NCBI GenBank assembly: GCA_963719515.1
Contig: CAVRCJ010000003.1
Span: forward strand, 256,001-320,000
Direction of reading: 5' to 3'
From: an uncultured cyanobacterium
Lineage (GTDB): Bacteria; Cyanobacteriota; Cyanobacteriia; CAKZMO01
DNA: 64,000 nucleotides
A model generated the notes under the pieces. The model saw only the letters and a list, made by a program, of their open reading frames with translations, was not told the DNA's origin and did no database searches. Positions 40,176-50,585 of this stretch are shown here, piece after piece; within the stretch, counting starts at the first letter, position 1, and each line of letters opens with the position of its first letter. The position numbers and the translations under genes were made by a program.

Positions 40176-41561
40176 ATGCAGCCAGATTTCCCCTTCTCGC
40201 CCCGCCGGGTGCCCTTGTTTTACGGCTGGGTGATTTTAGGGGCAACTATTCTCGGTATCCTCATGAGCATTCCAGGGCAGACCGCTGGCGTCAGCGTCTT
40301 TACCGACGATCTGATTGCCGCCACGGGGCTGTCTCGGCTCACCCTCAGCAATGCCTATTTGATTGGCACCCTCACCAGCGGGCTGCTGCTGCCATTCGGC
40401 GGGACGTTCATTGATCGATTTGGGGCACGGCTGGTGGTGGTCGGGGCATCGGTATGGCTGGCGCTGACCTTGGGGTATCTCAGCGTTAGCGATCGCCTAG
40501 CCCAATGGATTACGGCACTTTTAGGGCTAGACAGCGCCCTGCCCCTCACCTTTGTGCTGCTGTGCTTCGGCTTTGCCAATCTGCGCTTTAGTGGCCAGGG
40601 CATGCTGACCTTAGTGAGCCGCACAACTCTAGGTAAATGGTTCGACCGGCAGCGGGGGCTAGCGTCAGGCATCGCGGGACTGTTTATCTCCTTTGGGTTT
40701 TCGGCGGCCCCGCTGCTGCTGAGCTTTTTTATTGACGGGTTTGGCTGGCGCGGCGCATGGCTGAGTTTGGCGGTGCTGGTGGGCATGGGCATGGGGCTAT
40801 TGGGCTGGCTTTTGTACCGAGACAACCCAGAGGAGTGCGGACTGGCGATGGATGGGATAGCGGCTGTGCCTTTAGCTGACTCGGCATCAGACGGCCTGGC
40901 CTCGACCCACCTCTCCCCAGCGGTAGCTCCAGACGCCCCCGCTGATATTCTCTCAATCGCCTCGCCCCGCCCCACCCGCGACTTCACCCGAGCCGCAGCG
41001 CTGCGGACTTTGGCTTTCTGGGCCGTCACCTTCGCCCTAGCCTCCCAGGCTCTGACGGTAACCGGAATTACCTTCCACATCGTAGATATTGGGGCCGCTG
41101 CCGGACTGCCGGAGAAGCAAACCGTGGCCCTTTTCCTCCCCATTGCCGGATTCTCAACGGTGACGGGCTATCTCGTTGGTATGGCGTCCGACCGGACTCA
41201 GCTGAGACTGCTGTTCATCGCCATGATGGTATTTGAAGCCATCGGCATTGTGGGGATGGCCCACCTCGACAGTCTGCCCCTGCGTATTGTGGCCATTGTC
41301 GGGCTGGGCCTGAGCGGTGGGTGCTTTGGCACGCTATCAACGGTAACGATGCCCCGATACTTTGGGCGGCAGAACCTAGGGGCGATCTCGGGTGTCGAGA
41401 TGATGACGCTGGTCATTGCTAGCGCCATCGGTCCCTCACTGCTAGCGCTGTTCAACGTGGTGTTTGGCAGCTACCGCTTGGGGCTGTATGTCTGCGCCGC
41501 CCTCCCCCTAGCGCTGATTGTGCTGCTAATTCCGTCGAGGAATCCCCAAGATGAGGGCTGA
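40176..41561 (+). CDS. MFS transporter
   Basis: About 12 TM segments; motif A-like GTFIDRFGAR; WFDRQRGLA; RYFGRQNLGAI. Confidence 0.88.
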   Translation: MQPDFPFSPRRVPLFYGWVILGATILGILMSIPGQTAGVSVFTDDLIAATGLSRLTLSNAYLIGTLTSGLLLPFGGTFIDRFGARLVVVGASVWLALTLGYLSVSDRLAQWITALLGLDSALPLTFVLLCFGFANLRFSGQGMLTLVSRTTLGKWFDRQRGLASGIAGLFISFGFSAAPLLLSFFIDGFGWRGAWLSLAVLVGMGMGLLGWLLYRDNPEECGLAMDGIAAVPLADSASDGLASTHLSPAVAPDAPADILSIASPRPTRDFTRAAALRTLAFWAVTFALASQALTVTGITFHIVDIGAAAGLPEKQTVALFLPIAGFSTVTGYLVGMASDRTQLRLLFIAMMVFEAIGIVGMAHLDSLPLRIVAIVGLGLSGGCFGTLSTVTMPRYFGRQNLGAISGVEMMTLVIASAIGPSLLALFNVVFGSYRLGLYVCAALPLALIVLLIPSRNPQDEG

Positions 41562-41631
41562 GCGGCCACAGCCGCAGGACGGGCTGTCCTCATCAGAGCT
41601 AACGTCTCTCAAAGACAGCTCGTCGCCCCCG

Positions 41632-42393
41632 CTAAACGACCCCTGCCGTCAGCACCGCATCGCTGACCTCAAAATTGGCGGTCACCGTCTGCACATCGTC
41701 TAGATCTTCTAGGGCATCCAGCAGCTTGATCAGCGCCTGGGCTTGGTCCACATCGTCTACTTGAATCGTATTCTCAAACACCCAGCGTAGCTCTGCTGAA
41801 GCAACTGTAAAATCAGCCTTAAGTGCTGCCACGAGCGCTTCTAGCTGGCTGACTTCTGTAAACACCTCCGCCCCGTCGGCGTCATCCACCTCTACCAGGT
41901 TATAGCTCTCCGCCCCCGCCTCCAGGGCCGCTAGCAGCAGCGCCTCCTCATTGAGGGGACCCGCAACGTTGGCCACTCCCTTTTGTTCAAACATCCAGCT
42001 GACGCAGCCGGTTTCTCCTAAGTTGCCGCCGTTTTTGCTAAAGGCCGATCGTAGGTCCGCAGCGGTGCGGTTGCGGTTATCGGTGAGCGCTTCAATGAGC
42101 ACCGCTACTCCCCCCGGCCCATAGCCTTCGTAGCGGATATCTTCGAGCTCAGAATCTCCCTCAAAGGTGCCGGCCCCTTTGGCGATCGCCCGCTCAATGT
42201 TGTCGCTGGGGATGCCGGCGGCTTTGGCCTTTTCAATGGCGGTGCGCAGCTGAAAGTTGCCGTCAGGGTCGGGAACACCGCTGCGGGCCGCCACAATAAT
42301 TTGACGGGAAATTTTGGCAAATGTTTTGCCTTTGACGGCGTCGACGCGGGCTTTCTGACGCTTAATGTTGGCCCACTTACTATGGCCTGCCAT
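41632..42393 (-). CDS. yebC: YebC/PmpR-family protein
   Basis: [32 protein letters not shown]. Confidence 0.95.
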   Translation of the reverse strand: MAGHSKWANIKRQKARVDAVKGKTFAKISRQIIVAARSGVPDPDGNFQLRTAIEKAKAAGIPSDNIERAIAKGAGTFEGDSELEDIRYEGYGPGGVAVLIEALTDNRNRTAADLRSAFSKNGGNLGETGCVSWMFEQKGVANVAGPLNEEALLLAALEAGAESYNLVEVDDADGAEVFTEVSQLEALVAALKADFTVASAELRWVFENTIQVDDVDQAQALIKLLDALEDLDDVQTVTANFEVSDAVLTAGVV

Positions 42394-42552
42394 AACTCAA
42401 AATCGTAAGCAAAGACATTGGGGTTCCAATTATAGCCGAGCGCAGGAGCCCTTAGTCGCTAAGGGCGGGAGCTTCGCTGTGCGGCCTGAGTGAGCAGCAA
42501 GGCTTGTTTCGAGCGCCGCCTGCCCGGTACCTTTCCTAAGAGCTCCTGACGC

Positions 42553-43935
42553 TCAGCAGGCCATGACAACCGTGTCGTCAAAGCTCAGCCACGCTAGCTT
42601 GTCAGGATTTTCCAGCAGTTCGTAGGTGGCCAAGAAGCCCGCAATAGTCCACGTTTGGGACAGCCGCGCCTCTTTGCCAATCAGCCGCCCGTGACGACCG
42701 TCGTAGTACTCAGGCCACTGATCTTGTTCTAGCCGTTCGGCAGCGATCGCCAGCGCCCGGTGGGCCACGTCAGTGCGGTTAAGCTTGATAGCAGCGGCCG
42801 CCAGCCAGATCAGCAGGAACGGCCAGCTGCCGCCGTTGTGATAAGACCAGGGGGTGTTTTTGGGGTCACAGCCCGTCACCAGCTCCCAGTCTCGTCCCTC
42901 AAGGGCGGGAAAGCAAACTTTGATCGGCATCGCGTTGACTAAATCCAGCCAGCGGGCCTCAATCTGGTTCAAAATCGCGTGGGCCTGCCCTTCGTCCGCT
43001 AGGGCCACCATGACACTGAGCAAATTTCCTTGGGTAAACCAGCGAAAATCCATGCGCCCTGGCCCGACATTGCCCACAAAGTATCCTCCCTCGTCGCCAA
43101 CCCAGCCCTCTAACCAGTCAGGGATGGCATCTGCGTAAATATTGAATTCGTTGACCGCCGTCAGCCCAAACTCTTCTGAGCGATAGCGGTAGATCTGGCG
43201 CAGCTGCGGCAGATCGAGCCAGTAGTATTGGCGAACGTGATAGGCCAGGTGAGACAGGCGCTTGTCAATGGCCGTGAGGTAAGTCTTATTGACAGAATTG
43301 GGACAGAGCAGCTCTTGGGCGGAGCGAAGAGCGGCAAAAAAGATGGCCTGAATATCAAGCGGGTAGCCATAGACCCCCATGCGACGGTCCACCATGAAGG
43401 AGCCATCGGGCACCAAGAGGGTAGGAAACATATTGAAGTGGGGCGTAAGGCACAGATCGAGGATGAACCGCATCCCCCGCTGAACGTCGTCCCGCTGGGC
43501 AAACGCCAAGTCTTGAGTGGCTTTAGTGTAGGCCCGCAGAATTATCAGCCACCAAAACACTGCGTCAATAGGGGCAACCTTAGCGATCGCCTGCTCCCCA
43601 AAGTCGGCATCGAGGTGCTCCCCCTCGTCGGTTTTGACCACCTTAAAGCTAGCGGGCATAACGCCCGAACCGGGCTTAAAGCAGCTCATCCGCTTCTCCC
43701 GGCTTTGGAGCGTCAGCGTTGTTTCGAGAAAGTGGCGCACCACGTCAGTTTCGCCCTTCAGCAAAAAGGCGATCGCTGAAATCGCGAAATCCCGCGTAAA
43801 GCACTGATCGTAGTTGAGGGCGTCAACCGTGTCGTCACAGGCTGCAACCGTGCCCACTGGCTTGCCCTGGTAGGACATTAGCGATCGCCGCAGTGCCTCC
43901 CAACCGGCGGTCAAACTCTGCGTCGAAACTCCCAT
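42553..43935 (-). CDS. Alkaline/neutral invertase (GH100)
   Basis: LNYDQCFTRDF, DFGEQAI, MVDRRMG, WSYHNGGSWP, WPEYYDG, QTWTIAG. Confidence 0.92.
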   Translation of the reverse strand: MGVSTQSLTAGWEALRRSLMSYQGKPVGTVAACDDTVDALNYDQCFTRDFAISAIAFLLKGETDVVRHFLETTLTLQSREKRMSCFKPGSGVMPASFKVVKTDEGEHLDADFGEQAIAKVAPIDAVFWWLIILRAYTKATQDLAFAQRDDVQRGMRFILDLCLTPHFNMFPTLLVPDGSFMVDRRMGVYGYPLDIQAIFFAALRSAQELLCPNSVNKTYLTAIDKRLSHLAYHVRQYYWLDLPQLRQIYRYRSEEFGLTAVNEFNIYADAIPDWLEGWVGDEGGYFVGNVGPGRMDFRWFTQGNLLSVMVALADEGQAHAILNQIEARWLDLVNAMPIKVCFPALEGRDWELVTGCDPKNTPWSYHNGGSWPFLLIWLAAAAIKLNRTDVAHRALAIAAERLEQDQWPEYYDGRHGRLIGKEARLSQTWTIAGFLATYELLENPDKLAWLSFDDTVVMAC

Positions 43936-44194
43936 AAAGCCGTCCTAGTACGTTAAAAGCTATACGTAGTGTAGACGACAATCTTGACATTCTCCTTACG
44001 CTGAAGAGAGCAGCATTTCCTGGAGGTCTCGACGAGGCTAAAGATAAGGCCTCGGTACCGCAAGTAAGCCCTACGCCAGCGCCTGCTCCTCCTAGCTGCT
44101 ACCCTGTCAAAATACCGGGGGAGGGCCGATACAGTGCCAAAGCCTCAACCCGCGCTTTAAGCCCCCATACTGACATTGCTGTGAGGAGTCACCC

Positions 44195-45115
44195 ATGGAC
44201 CCGATCGCCTCCCCTTCCGCAAACGAGCCCCAAAACGCAGGCTCAAAGAGTAAGAAGAGTAAAAAGAAGCTCAAAAAACAGAAAACTGGCCCTGGACATA
44301 GAGCCCCTCATCACCTCGCCGAGGCCGAAGGCAGCTCTAAGCTCTCCCGAAAAGTCTATGAAAAAGAGCTGGGTCGCCTGCAGTTAGAGCTGGTCAAAAT
44401 GCAGTACTGGGTCAAGCACACCGGCTGCCGCATCATCATTATTTTTGAAGGGCGAGACGCTGCCGGTAAGGGCGGCACCATCAAGCGAATCACTGAACCC
44501 CTCAACCCCCGGGGCTGCCGTATCGTTGCCCTTGGCACCCCGAGCGATCGCGAAAAGACCGAGTGGTACTTCCAGCGCTACGTGGTCCACCTTCCCGCCG
44601 CCGGAGAAATCGTTTGCTTCGACCGCAGCTGGTACAACCGCGCCGGGGTGGAACGCGTCATGGGATTCTGCACTGAGGCGCAGTACCAAGAATTTATGCA
44701 GACCTGTCCCCAGTTTGAGAAAATGCTGGTGCGCTCCGGCGTTATCTTGCTGAAATACTGGTTTTCCGTCAGCGATGAAGAGCAGGAGCGCCGCTTCCAG
44801 TCTCGGATCACTGACCCGGCCCGCCGCTGGAAGATTAGCCCCATGGACCTCGAGTCGCGCGATCGCTGGGTGGACTATTCCCGCGCCAAGGACGCCATGT
44901 TTGCCCACACCAACATTCCAGAAGCGCCCTGGTTTACGGTGGAGGCCGACGACAAGAAGCGGGCACGGCTCAACTGCATCAGCCACATCTTGAGCAAGAT
45001 TCCCTATGTCGACATGACCCCTGAGGAAATTGAGCTGCCGCCCCGCAGGCCTGAGCCCGAAGACTACGTCCGTCCTCCAATCAACGAGCAGTTCTTTGTG
45101 CCTCAGCGGTATTAG
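44195..45115 (+). CDS. ppk2: Polyphosphate kinase 2
   Basis: FEGRDAAGKGG, WYFQRY, FDRSWYNR, WKISPMD. Confidence 0.95.
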   Translation: MDPIASPSANEPQNAGSKSKKSKKKLKKQKTGPGHRAPHHLAEAEGSSKLSRKVYEKELGRLQLELVKMQYWVKHTGCRIIIIFEGRDAAGKGGTIKRITEPLNPRGCRIVALGTPSDREKTEWYFQRYVVHLPAAGEIVCFDRSWYNRAGVERVMGFCTEAQYQEFMQTCPQFEKMLVRSGVILLKYWFSVSDEEQERRFQSRITDPARRWKISPMDLESRDRWVDYSRAKDAMFAHTNIPEAPWFTVEADDKKRARLNCISHILSKIPYVDMTPEEIELPPRRPEPEDYVRPPINEQFFVPQRY

Positions 45116-45813
45116 CGCTCCGGGCCTACGTGCTGGTCAATTAGCGTTTCAATGTCTGCCTTACCCACGCGGCTGTAGCGGGCCTTGCCCGGCATCACCA
45201 CCAGATTTGGCCCCGACTTGCAGCGGTCCATACAGCCCGTTTTCTTGATGGTGACGGCGTCGCTCAAGCCGCGATCGCTCAGCCGCTTCTCTAACCGCTC
45301 ATGGACTGCTTGCCCGCCTCGCTTTTTCCAGCAGCTTCCCTTCTGGCAAATCAAGATTTTGGTCTGGGCGTTCTTCATAGGCTTTACGCCGTTGGGGGAA
45401 TCGACGACGGGCACATCTGGCTCCAGCGCCCCCAACACCACCGGGTCCAGCGCCGTCTGGGCCTTAGCGCCATCCCCGGCGCTGTCGTTATCGACATCTA
45501 TGAGGTCCAAAAACGGAGCGACTGAAGCCCCGTTCAGCATCTGTAGGTCTTCTGCCTTCAGCTTCAGCCCGCCGCTTTTCTTCTGCTTCACCGCTCCGGA
45601 AACCTGCACCGAACCGCCTTTCTCTAGCTCCGGCGGCAGCGACTTCCGGAGCGGCTTCGCTAGCTTGATGCGATACTTGATGCCGTCCACCTTGACTTTG
45701 ATGCCCTTCAGCTTGCGGCCAGCTTTGACGAAGCCAACCAGCTTGCCGCTGAGGATGAAAGATTTTGCATCGGTGTGTGGGGGTTTCAAGCCGCTAGTCC
45801 TAATTCTTAACAA
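45112..45813 (-). CDS. Thioredoxin-like (2Fe-2S) ferredoxin-domain protein (start uncertain)
   Basis: ICQKGSC...TGCMDRCKSGPNLVV. Confidence 0.8.
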   Translation of the reverse strand: MLRIRTSGLKPPHTDAKSFILSGKLVGFVKAGRKLKGIKVKVDGIKYRIKLAKPLRKSLPPELEKGGSVQVSGAVKQKKSGGLKLKAEDLQMLNGASVAPFLDLIDVDNDSAGDGAKAQTALDPVVLGALEPDVPVVDSPNGVKPMKNAQTKILICQKGSCWKKRGGQAVHERLEKRLSDRGLSDAVTIKKTGCMDRCKSGPNLVVMPGKARYSRVGKADIETLIDQHVGPER

Positions 45814-45823
45814 TCTTTTCTAG

Positions 45824-45851
45824 TTTATACCGTCGGCTTTATACCGTCGGC
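45824..45851. repeat. Perfect 14-bp tandem duplication
   Basis: TTTATACCGTCGGC x2. Confidence 0.85.
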
Positions 45852-45890
45852 CCTCGGTGAGAATTCCCCCGCCTCAACTCGCCCTCAATC

Positions 45891-47249
45891 TCACGTGCCG
45901 CGCCGCAGCCGCGCTACAAAAAAGCCATCCATCTGCTCGCGGTGGGGCCAAAGTTTCAGCCAGCCCTCGGGCGATCGCCATTGAGACTGCAGGTCATCCT
46001 CCACGCCCTGAAGCTCGATCGGATCGAGGGCCCAATCTTCTTGGCGCTCTAAAAACTGCTGCACCACCTGCTCATTTTCCATCGGGTGCAGGGTGCAGGT
46101 GGCGTAGACCATCACCCCGCCCGGTTTGACCCAAGCGGCGGCGCGGGACAGCAGCGCCTGCTGCAGCTGAGCGAGCCCTGCCACCGTCTCCGGCGTTTGC
46201 CGCCAGCGGGCGTCGGCGTGGCGGTGCAGCGTCCCTAGCCCTGAGCAGGGAGCGTCAATCAACACCCGGTCCACCGCCTCAAAGCTCAGCTCCCGCGCGT
46301 CCGCCACCTTGATCTGTAGTGACGTTAACCCCAAACGAGCCTGATTGTCCTGCAGGCGCTCTAGCCGCTTGGCGCTGCGATCGCAGGCCCACACCACACC
46401 CGGACGGCCAGACGGACCTGAAGCTCCATCGCCCATCAGCTCTGCCGCGTGGGTGGCCTTACCGCCAGGGGCGGCGCAGGCATCGACGATGGTTTCTCCC
46501 GGCTGCGGGGCGAGGCAGTGGCCCACGAGCTGGGCGCTGCTGTCCTGAACGCTCCACCCCCCCGCCTCGAAGCCCGGCAGCGCGGGGACCCGCTGGGATG
46601 AGGTCAGGCGAATCGCCTGGGGCAAGGGCAAGAGCCTGTGGTCAACGCCAGCCGCTGATAGGGCCGCTGAGACGTCAGGACGGGTGGCTTTGAGGGAATT
46701 AATCCTTAAGTCGAGCGCTGGGGGTTGGTTGAACCAGGCGCACAGCTGCGCCGTCTCTTCTAGGCCAACGGCGTCAGCCCACAGCGCCACGATCCAGTCG
46801 GGATAGCTGTGCTGCACCGCCAGTTTTGCCACGGGGTCGTCAGGCAGCACCAGCGGGTCGCCTTGGGCCTCTAGCCGCCCGTACTGCCGCAGCACCCCAT
46901 TCACCAACCCCGACAGCCCGCGCAGACCGTTGCGCTTGGCCAAATCAACGCTGGTGTTCACCGCCGCCGAGGCCGGGACGTGATTCAGGTATCGCAGCTG
47001 GTAGAGCCCCAGCCGCAGAATGAGCTGCAGCTTCACGGGGTGGCGCGATCGCTTGCGAGAGAGCTGGTCGATGAGGGCGTCGAGGGTGCGGCGACGGCGG
47101 GTGACCCCGTAGACGAGTTCGGTGACAAACCGGCGATCGCGCCCATCAAGGGATGTTTGGCCGAGGGTAGAGTCTAGCGCTGCGTCCGAGAATACGTCCC
47201 GCTCAATCTGCGCTAGGGCGTCTAAGGCGAGCTGTCGTGCGTTTGGCAT
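45891..47249 (-). CDS. rsmB: 16S rRNA m5C967 methyltransferase
   Basis: NusB-like N-terminus; VQDSSAQ, DACAAPGGK, DAPCSG, YATCTL..EN, DGFF. Confidence 0.93.
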   Translation of the reverse strand: MPNARQLALDALAQIERDVFSDAALDSTLGQTSLDGRDRRFVTELVYGVTRRRRTLDALIDQLSRKRSRHPVKLQLILRLGLYQLRYLNHVPASAAVNTSVDLAKRNGLRGLSGLVNGVLRQYGRLEAQGDPLVLPDDPVAKLAVQHSYPDWIVALWADAVGLEETAQLCAWFNQPPALDLRINSLKATRPDVSAALSAAGVDHRLLPLPQAIRLTSSQRVPALPGFEAGGWSVQDSSAQLVGHCLAPQPGETIVDACAAPGGKATHAAELMGDGASGPSGRPGVVWACDRSAKRLERLQDNQARLGLTSLQIKVADARELSFEAVDRVLIDAPCSGLGTLHRHADARWRQTPETVAGLAQLQQALLSRAAAWVKPGGVMVYATCTLHPMENEQVVQQFLERQEDWALDPIELQGVEDDLQSQWRSPEGWLKLWPHREQMDGFFVARLRRGT

Positions 47250-47369
47250 TCCACTCCGTCGATGACAGGCTGCAGGATTTGCCTAGACGATCTGCGCCAC
47301 GAGGGCTACTCCCCATAGGTACAGCTTTATCGCTATGCTAGAGAAGATCCGTGCAAAATATGCAGCCGT

Positions 47370-47954
47370 ATGATAGTAACAGAGCGCCAGCGAATCATGG
47401 CTTGGCTCACTGAAAACTTACCCAAACCTCGATTATCCCACGTGATGCGGGTGGAGCAGATGTCGGTAGAGCTTGCCGACTGCCATGGCCTCAACGTGGA
47501 CAAAGCCGCCGCTGCGGGGCTGCTGCACGACACCGCCAAGTACTTTAAATCTGACCGGCTGCTGGCGATGGCGCGGGCCGAAGGGCTCAAGCTAGACGAC
47601 ACATTTTGTGATAATCCCCGGCTGCTGCACGCCGACGTGGGGGCGATTGTGGCGCGAGACGAGTTTGGCGTTACCGACACCGACATCCTGCAGGCGATCG
47701 CCAACCATACTCTGGGTCAGCCCAACATGGACGGCCTCAGCTGCGTTGTGTTTCTAGCCGACGGCCTCGAACCCGGTCGGGGCCACAGCTCAGAGCTCAA
47801 CCAAATGCGTCAGGTGAGCTACCAAGACCTCCACACCGCCGTCTGGATGAGCTGTGACTACACCATCCGTCAGCTGCTTGAGGCCAAGAAGCCCATTCAC
47901 CCGCGAGCGATCGCCACTCGTAACTGGTTTTTAAAAAGCGCTAAGACAAGCTAA
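47370..47954 (+). CDS. yqeK: YqeK HD-domain Ap4A hydrolase
   Basis: RLSHVMRV, GLLHDTAK, LLHADVGA, AIANHT, FLAD..EP.R; upstream of rsfS. Confidence 0.88.
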   Translation: MIVTERQRIMAWLTENLPKPRLSHVMRVEQMSVELADCHGLNVDKAAAAGLLHDTAKYFKSDRLLAMARAEGLKLDDTFCDNPRLLHADVGAIVARDEFGVTDTDILQAIANHTLGQPNMDGLSCVVFLADGLEPGRGHSSELNQMRQVSYQDLHTAVWMSCDYTIRQLLEAKKPIHPRAIATRNWFLKSAKTS

Positions 47955-48053
47955 GACAAAAGGCGGCTTCCGTTAACCCTCGGTACAATGCAATTAAGCC
48001 AAAACTGCTCGCTGTATAATCCCATTCGCCCGAACAGGAGAATCAAGTTCTGA

Positions 48054-48473
48054 ATGATTAATCGCTCTAACGCTAACCGAACCTTTGATGACGCGTCCTC
48101 AATCGGCGACCCCACAAGCGCAGATGAGACTCTCCAGGTTGCCCTCGATATTGTCAACGCCGCCGACGATCGCAAAGCCGTCGACATTTCGGTTCTAGAC
48201 GTGTCGGATGTGTCCTACCTCGCTGACTACTTCATCGTCATGACGGGACTCTCCAACGTTCAGGTTAGGGCGATCGCCCGTTCCGTTCAACAGGCCACCG
48301 AGGAGCACTGGGGGCGATCGCCCCAGCGGGTGGAGGGCGTTACCGACGGCAACTGGATTTTGCTCGACTACGGCGATATCATCGTCCATGTCTTTATGCC
48401 CCACGAGCGCGAATACTACAACCTAGAGGCATTTTGGGGCCACGCCCGCCGCGTCGATCGCGCTGCCTCTTAG
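48054..48473 (+). CDS. rsfS: Ribosome silencing factor
   Basis: DDRKAVDI, ADYFIV, WILLDYGDIIVHVF, REYYNLEAFW. Confidence 0.93.
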   Translation: MINRSNANRTFDDASSIGDPTSADETLQVALDIVNAADDRKAVDISVLDVSDVSYLADYFIVMTGLSNVQVRAIARSVQQATEEHWGRSPQRVEGVTDGNWILLDYGDIIVHVFMPHEREYYNLEAFWGHARRVDRAAS

Positions 48474-48526
48474 GGTATTGCCACAACTGCCGCTGTTCTG
48501 GTGGTCTACAGCCTTTTAGTTTCTCT

Positions 48527-49024
48527 ATGAAGTTTTCTTCCGTTTGTCCCGTTCCATCAGAGCAGCTGCCGATTAACGAATATGGCGAGCTCAAGGACTC
48601 TTGGTTTTTTCGGTGGGCAACCCTCAGCCACTTGCCCTACCACCGCCCTACCCTGTTGCTGTGGCTGCTGAGTTGGAGCGTTGCGGGGCCTGTGGCTGCT
48701 GTGAGTTTTGCGCCTGATAGGCAGCCGCTGCCGTTTGTGCTGAGCGCCGCTGCCGGGGCCGCCGTTGTTCCAGTTTTGACGCTGATTCAGCTCTATTCGG
48801 GCTGGATATATGTCTATAATCGGCTCGACAGCGACGCCATTCCCTATGAGGAATCGGGGTGGTATGACGGTCAAGTCTGGCGAAAGCCCGATGAGGTCCT
48901 CCAGCGAGACCGGCTGATTGTGGCGTATGAACTGAAACCCTTACTGAAAAAGCTGCGAAGAACGCTTTTGCTCATTGGCCTGCTTTTGGGCGGAGACCTC
49001 GCACTACTGTTTTTAACGATTTAA
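48527..49024 (+). CDS. CGLD27/DUF1230 (Ycf36-like) protein
   Basis: CPVPSEQLPINEY, YEESGWYDGQVWRKP. Confidence 0.88.
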   Translation: MKFSSVCPVPSEQLPINEYGELKDSWFFRWATLSHLPYHRPTLLLWLLSWSVAGPVAAVSFAPDRQPLPFVLSAAAGAAVVPVLTLIQLYSGWIYVYNRLDSDAIPYEESGWYDGQVWRKPDEVLQRDRLIVAYELKPLLKKLRRTLLLIGLLLGGDLALLFLTI

Positions 49025-49031
49025 CTGCCTT

Positions 49032-49979
49032 ATGGGAAAACGTACGCAAACCGCCGAACTTGAGGTTCGGCTTCTGAGGGAAGGTATTGTTGAATCGGTC
49101 CACCACGTGCAGGCAGCGGTCTGCGACGACAAAGGTCGGACGCTGTCGGTGGCGGGACGTTCTGAGGCAGCGGTCTTCGTTCGCTCAGCCCTGAAGCCGT
49201 TTCAGGCGCTGGCCGTCACGTCTAGCGGCACCATGGAGACCTACCGCCTCACCGACAAAGACCTCGCGATTATCTGCAGTTCCCACAAGGGCACCATCAA
49301 ACAAGCGCGTCAGGCCTTCAACATTTTGTGGCGGGCCAATATTGACCCGGCGGCGCTGCAGTGCCCGACCCCGCGTAAGACACAGAGCCCTCTGCAGCAC
49401 AACTGCTCGGGTAAACACGCCGGCATGCTTGCGGTCTGTCAGCAGCGCAGCTGGCCTCTAAAGAACTACCTGCAGCGAGATCACCCTGTTCAGACGCTGA
49501 TCTTCGGCAAAGTCGCGGAGCTGCTGCACATGCCGGCAGAGGAATTTATCAGCGTCCACGATGACTGCGGGGCGCCGACCTATCTCATGCAAATCAACCA
49601 GCTCGCGACCCTCTACGCACATTTAGCCTCCGGCGGTAACCTCAGCCTAGAGCGCGTTATTCGCGCCATGACGCACCACCCGGCCTTAGTTTCAGGAGAA
49701 GGTGAGTTTGACACCCGCGTCATGGAAATCAGCGAGGGTGAGCTGGTGAGTAAATCTGGCGCGGAAGGTGTGCAGTGCATTGCCCGAGTCGGCAGCGGGT
49801 TGGGCATGGCTATCAAAGTCAGCGACGGCGCAAAGCGGGCCAAGCATGCGGCGGCGATTCACCTGATGAAGCAGCTTGGCTGGATTAGCCCAACGGCGGC
49901 GGAGAGCTTGGCAGACTCGTTTATGACTCTAGGCGACTATAAACGTCTCGACGTCGTGGGCGAATTGACCATGATTTAG
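49032..49979 (+). CDS. L-asparaginase II-family protein
   Basis: RSALKPFQA, HNCSGKHAGM, DDCGAP, KSGAEG. Confidence 0.88.
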   Translation: MGKRTQTAELEVRLLREGIVESVHHVQAAVCDDKGRTLSVAGRSEAAVFVRSALKPFQALAVTSSGTMETYRLTDKDLAIICSSHKGTIKQARQAFNILWRANIDPAALQCPTPRKTQSPLQHNCSGKHAGMLAVCQQRSWPLKNYLQRDHPVQTLIFGKVAELLHMPAEEFISVHDDCGAPTYLMQINQLATLYAHLASGGNLSLERVIRAMTHHPALVSGEGEFDTRVMEISEGELVSKSGAEGVQCIARVGSGLGMAIKVSDGAKRAKHAAAIHLMKQLGWISPTAAESLADSFMTLGDYKRLDVVGELTMI

Positions 49980-50017
49980 CCAATTTCAAAAAAGAGTCAC
50001 ACATCGGTAAATCGGGC

Positions 50018-50026
50018 TGCTATACT
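50018..50026 (+). promoter_or_regulatory. Extended -10 element of the tRNA promoter
   Basis: TGcTATACT, 11 nt upstream of the tRNA. Confidence 0.5.
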
Positions 50027-50037
50027 AGTTGAAGCGA

Positions 50038-50111
<74 letters not shown>

Positions 50112-50127
50112 CTTTACTAAAGACAAG

Positions 50128-50166
50128 AGCAAGAGAGACCTCACTAGGTGAGGTCTCTCTTGCTTT
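50128..50166 (+). terminator. Intrinsic terminator after the tRNA
   Basis: AGCAAGAGAGACCTCAC-tag-GTGAGGTCTCTCTTGCT, a 17-bp perfect stem. Confidence 0.85.
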
Positions 50167-50585
50167 ATGGCGCTTCTAGATTACGAAACGAGTTTAGCTA
50201 CTAGACAGGAAGCCCCGCGCTCTACCCGTCAGGGTGAGCGTCGGGATGAGAGTCGCGCTAGCCGAAGTGCGCCCGCAAAATGATGCACAGCGGATAGTGC
50301 GCTCAGCGCTGAGGCTAGCAGTTGGTATGATAGAGATAGCAAGGTGATACACCCCGCAAAGAGTGTGACGGGCCCGTAGGCGAAAGCTGCAAGTCACCCG
50401 TTCCTCAGTTTGCAAATGTATCTGCGACACATAGTGCGTATCCTCCCTCGCGGAGATGAAAATTCAAAACTCTGCCGTGGGGCATCAGGCGGAGTATAAA
50501 CCTATCTCAGGATATGTCTCGGCAATAGCTGGGAGTCACTGAGGAAGCCCGCGCTGTACAGCTTGCTGTCAGCGTCGGGAGGATG

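Noticed and set aside
40355..45823. Long antisense ORFs (for example 40355-41143, 43228-43779, 44384-44986, 45185-45823)
   Set aside because: Shadow frames of well-supported genes in GC-rich DNA, with no recognisable motifs
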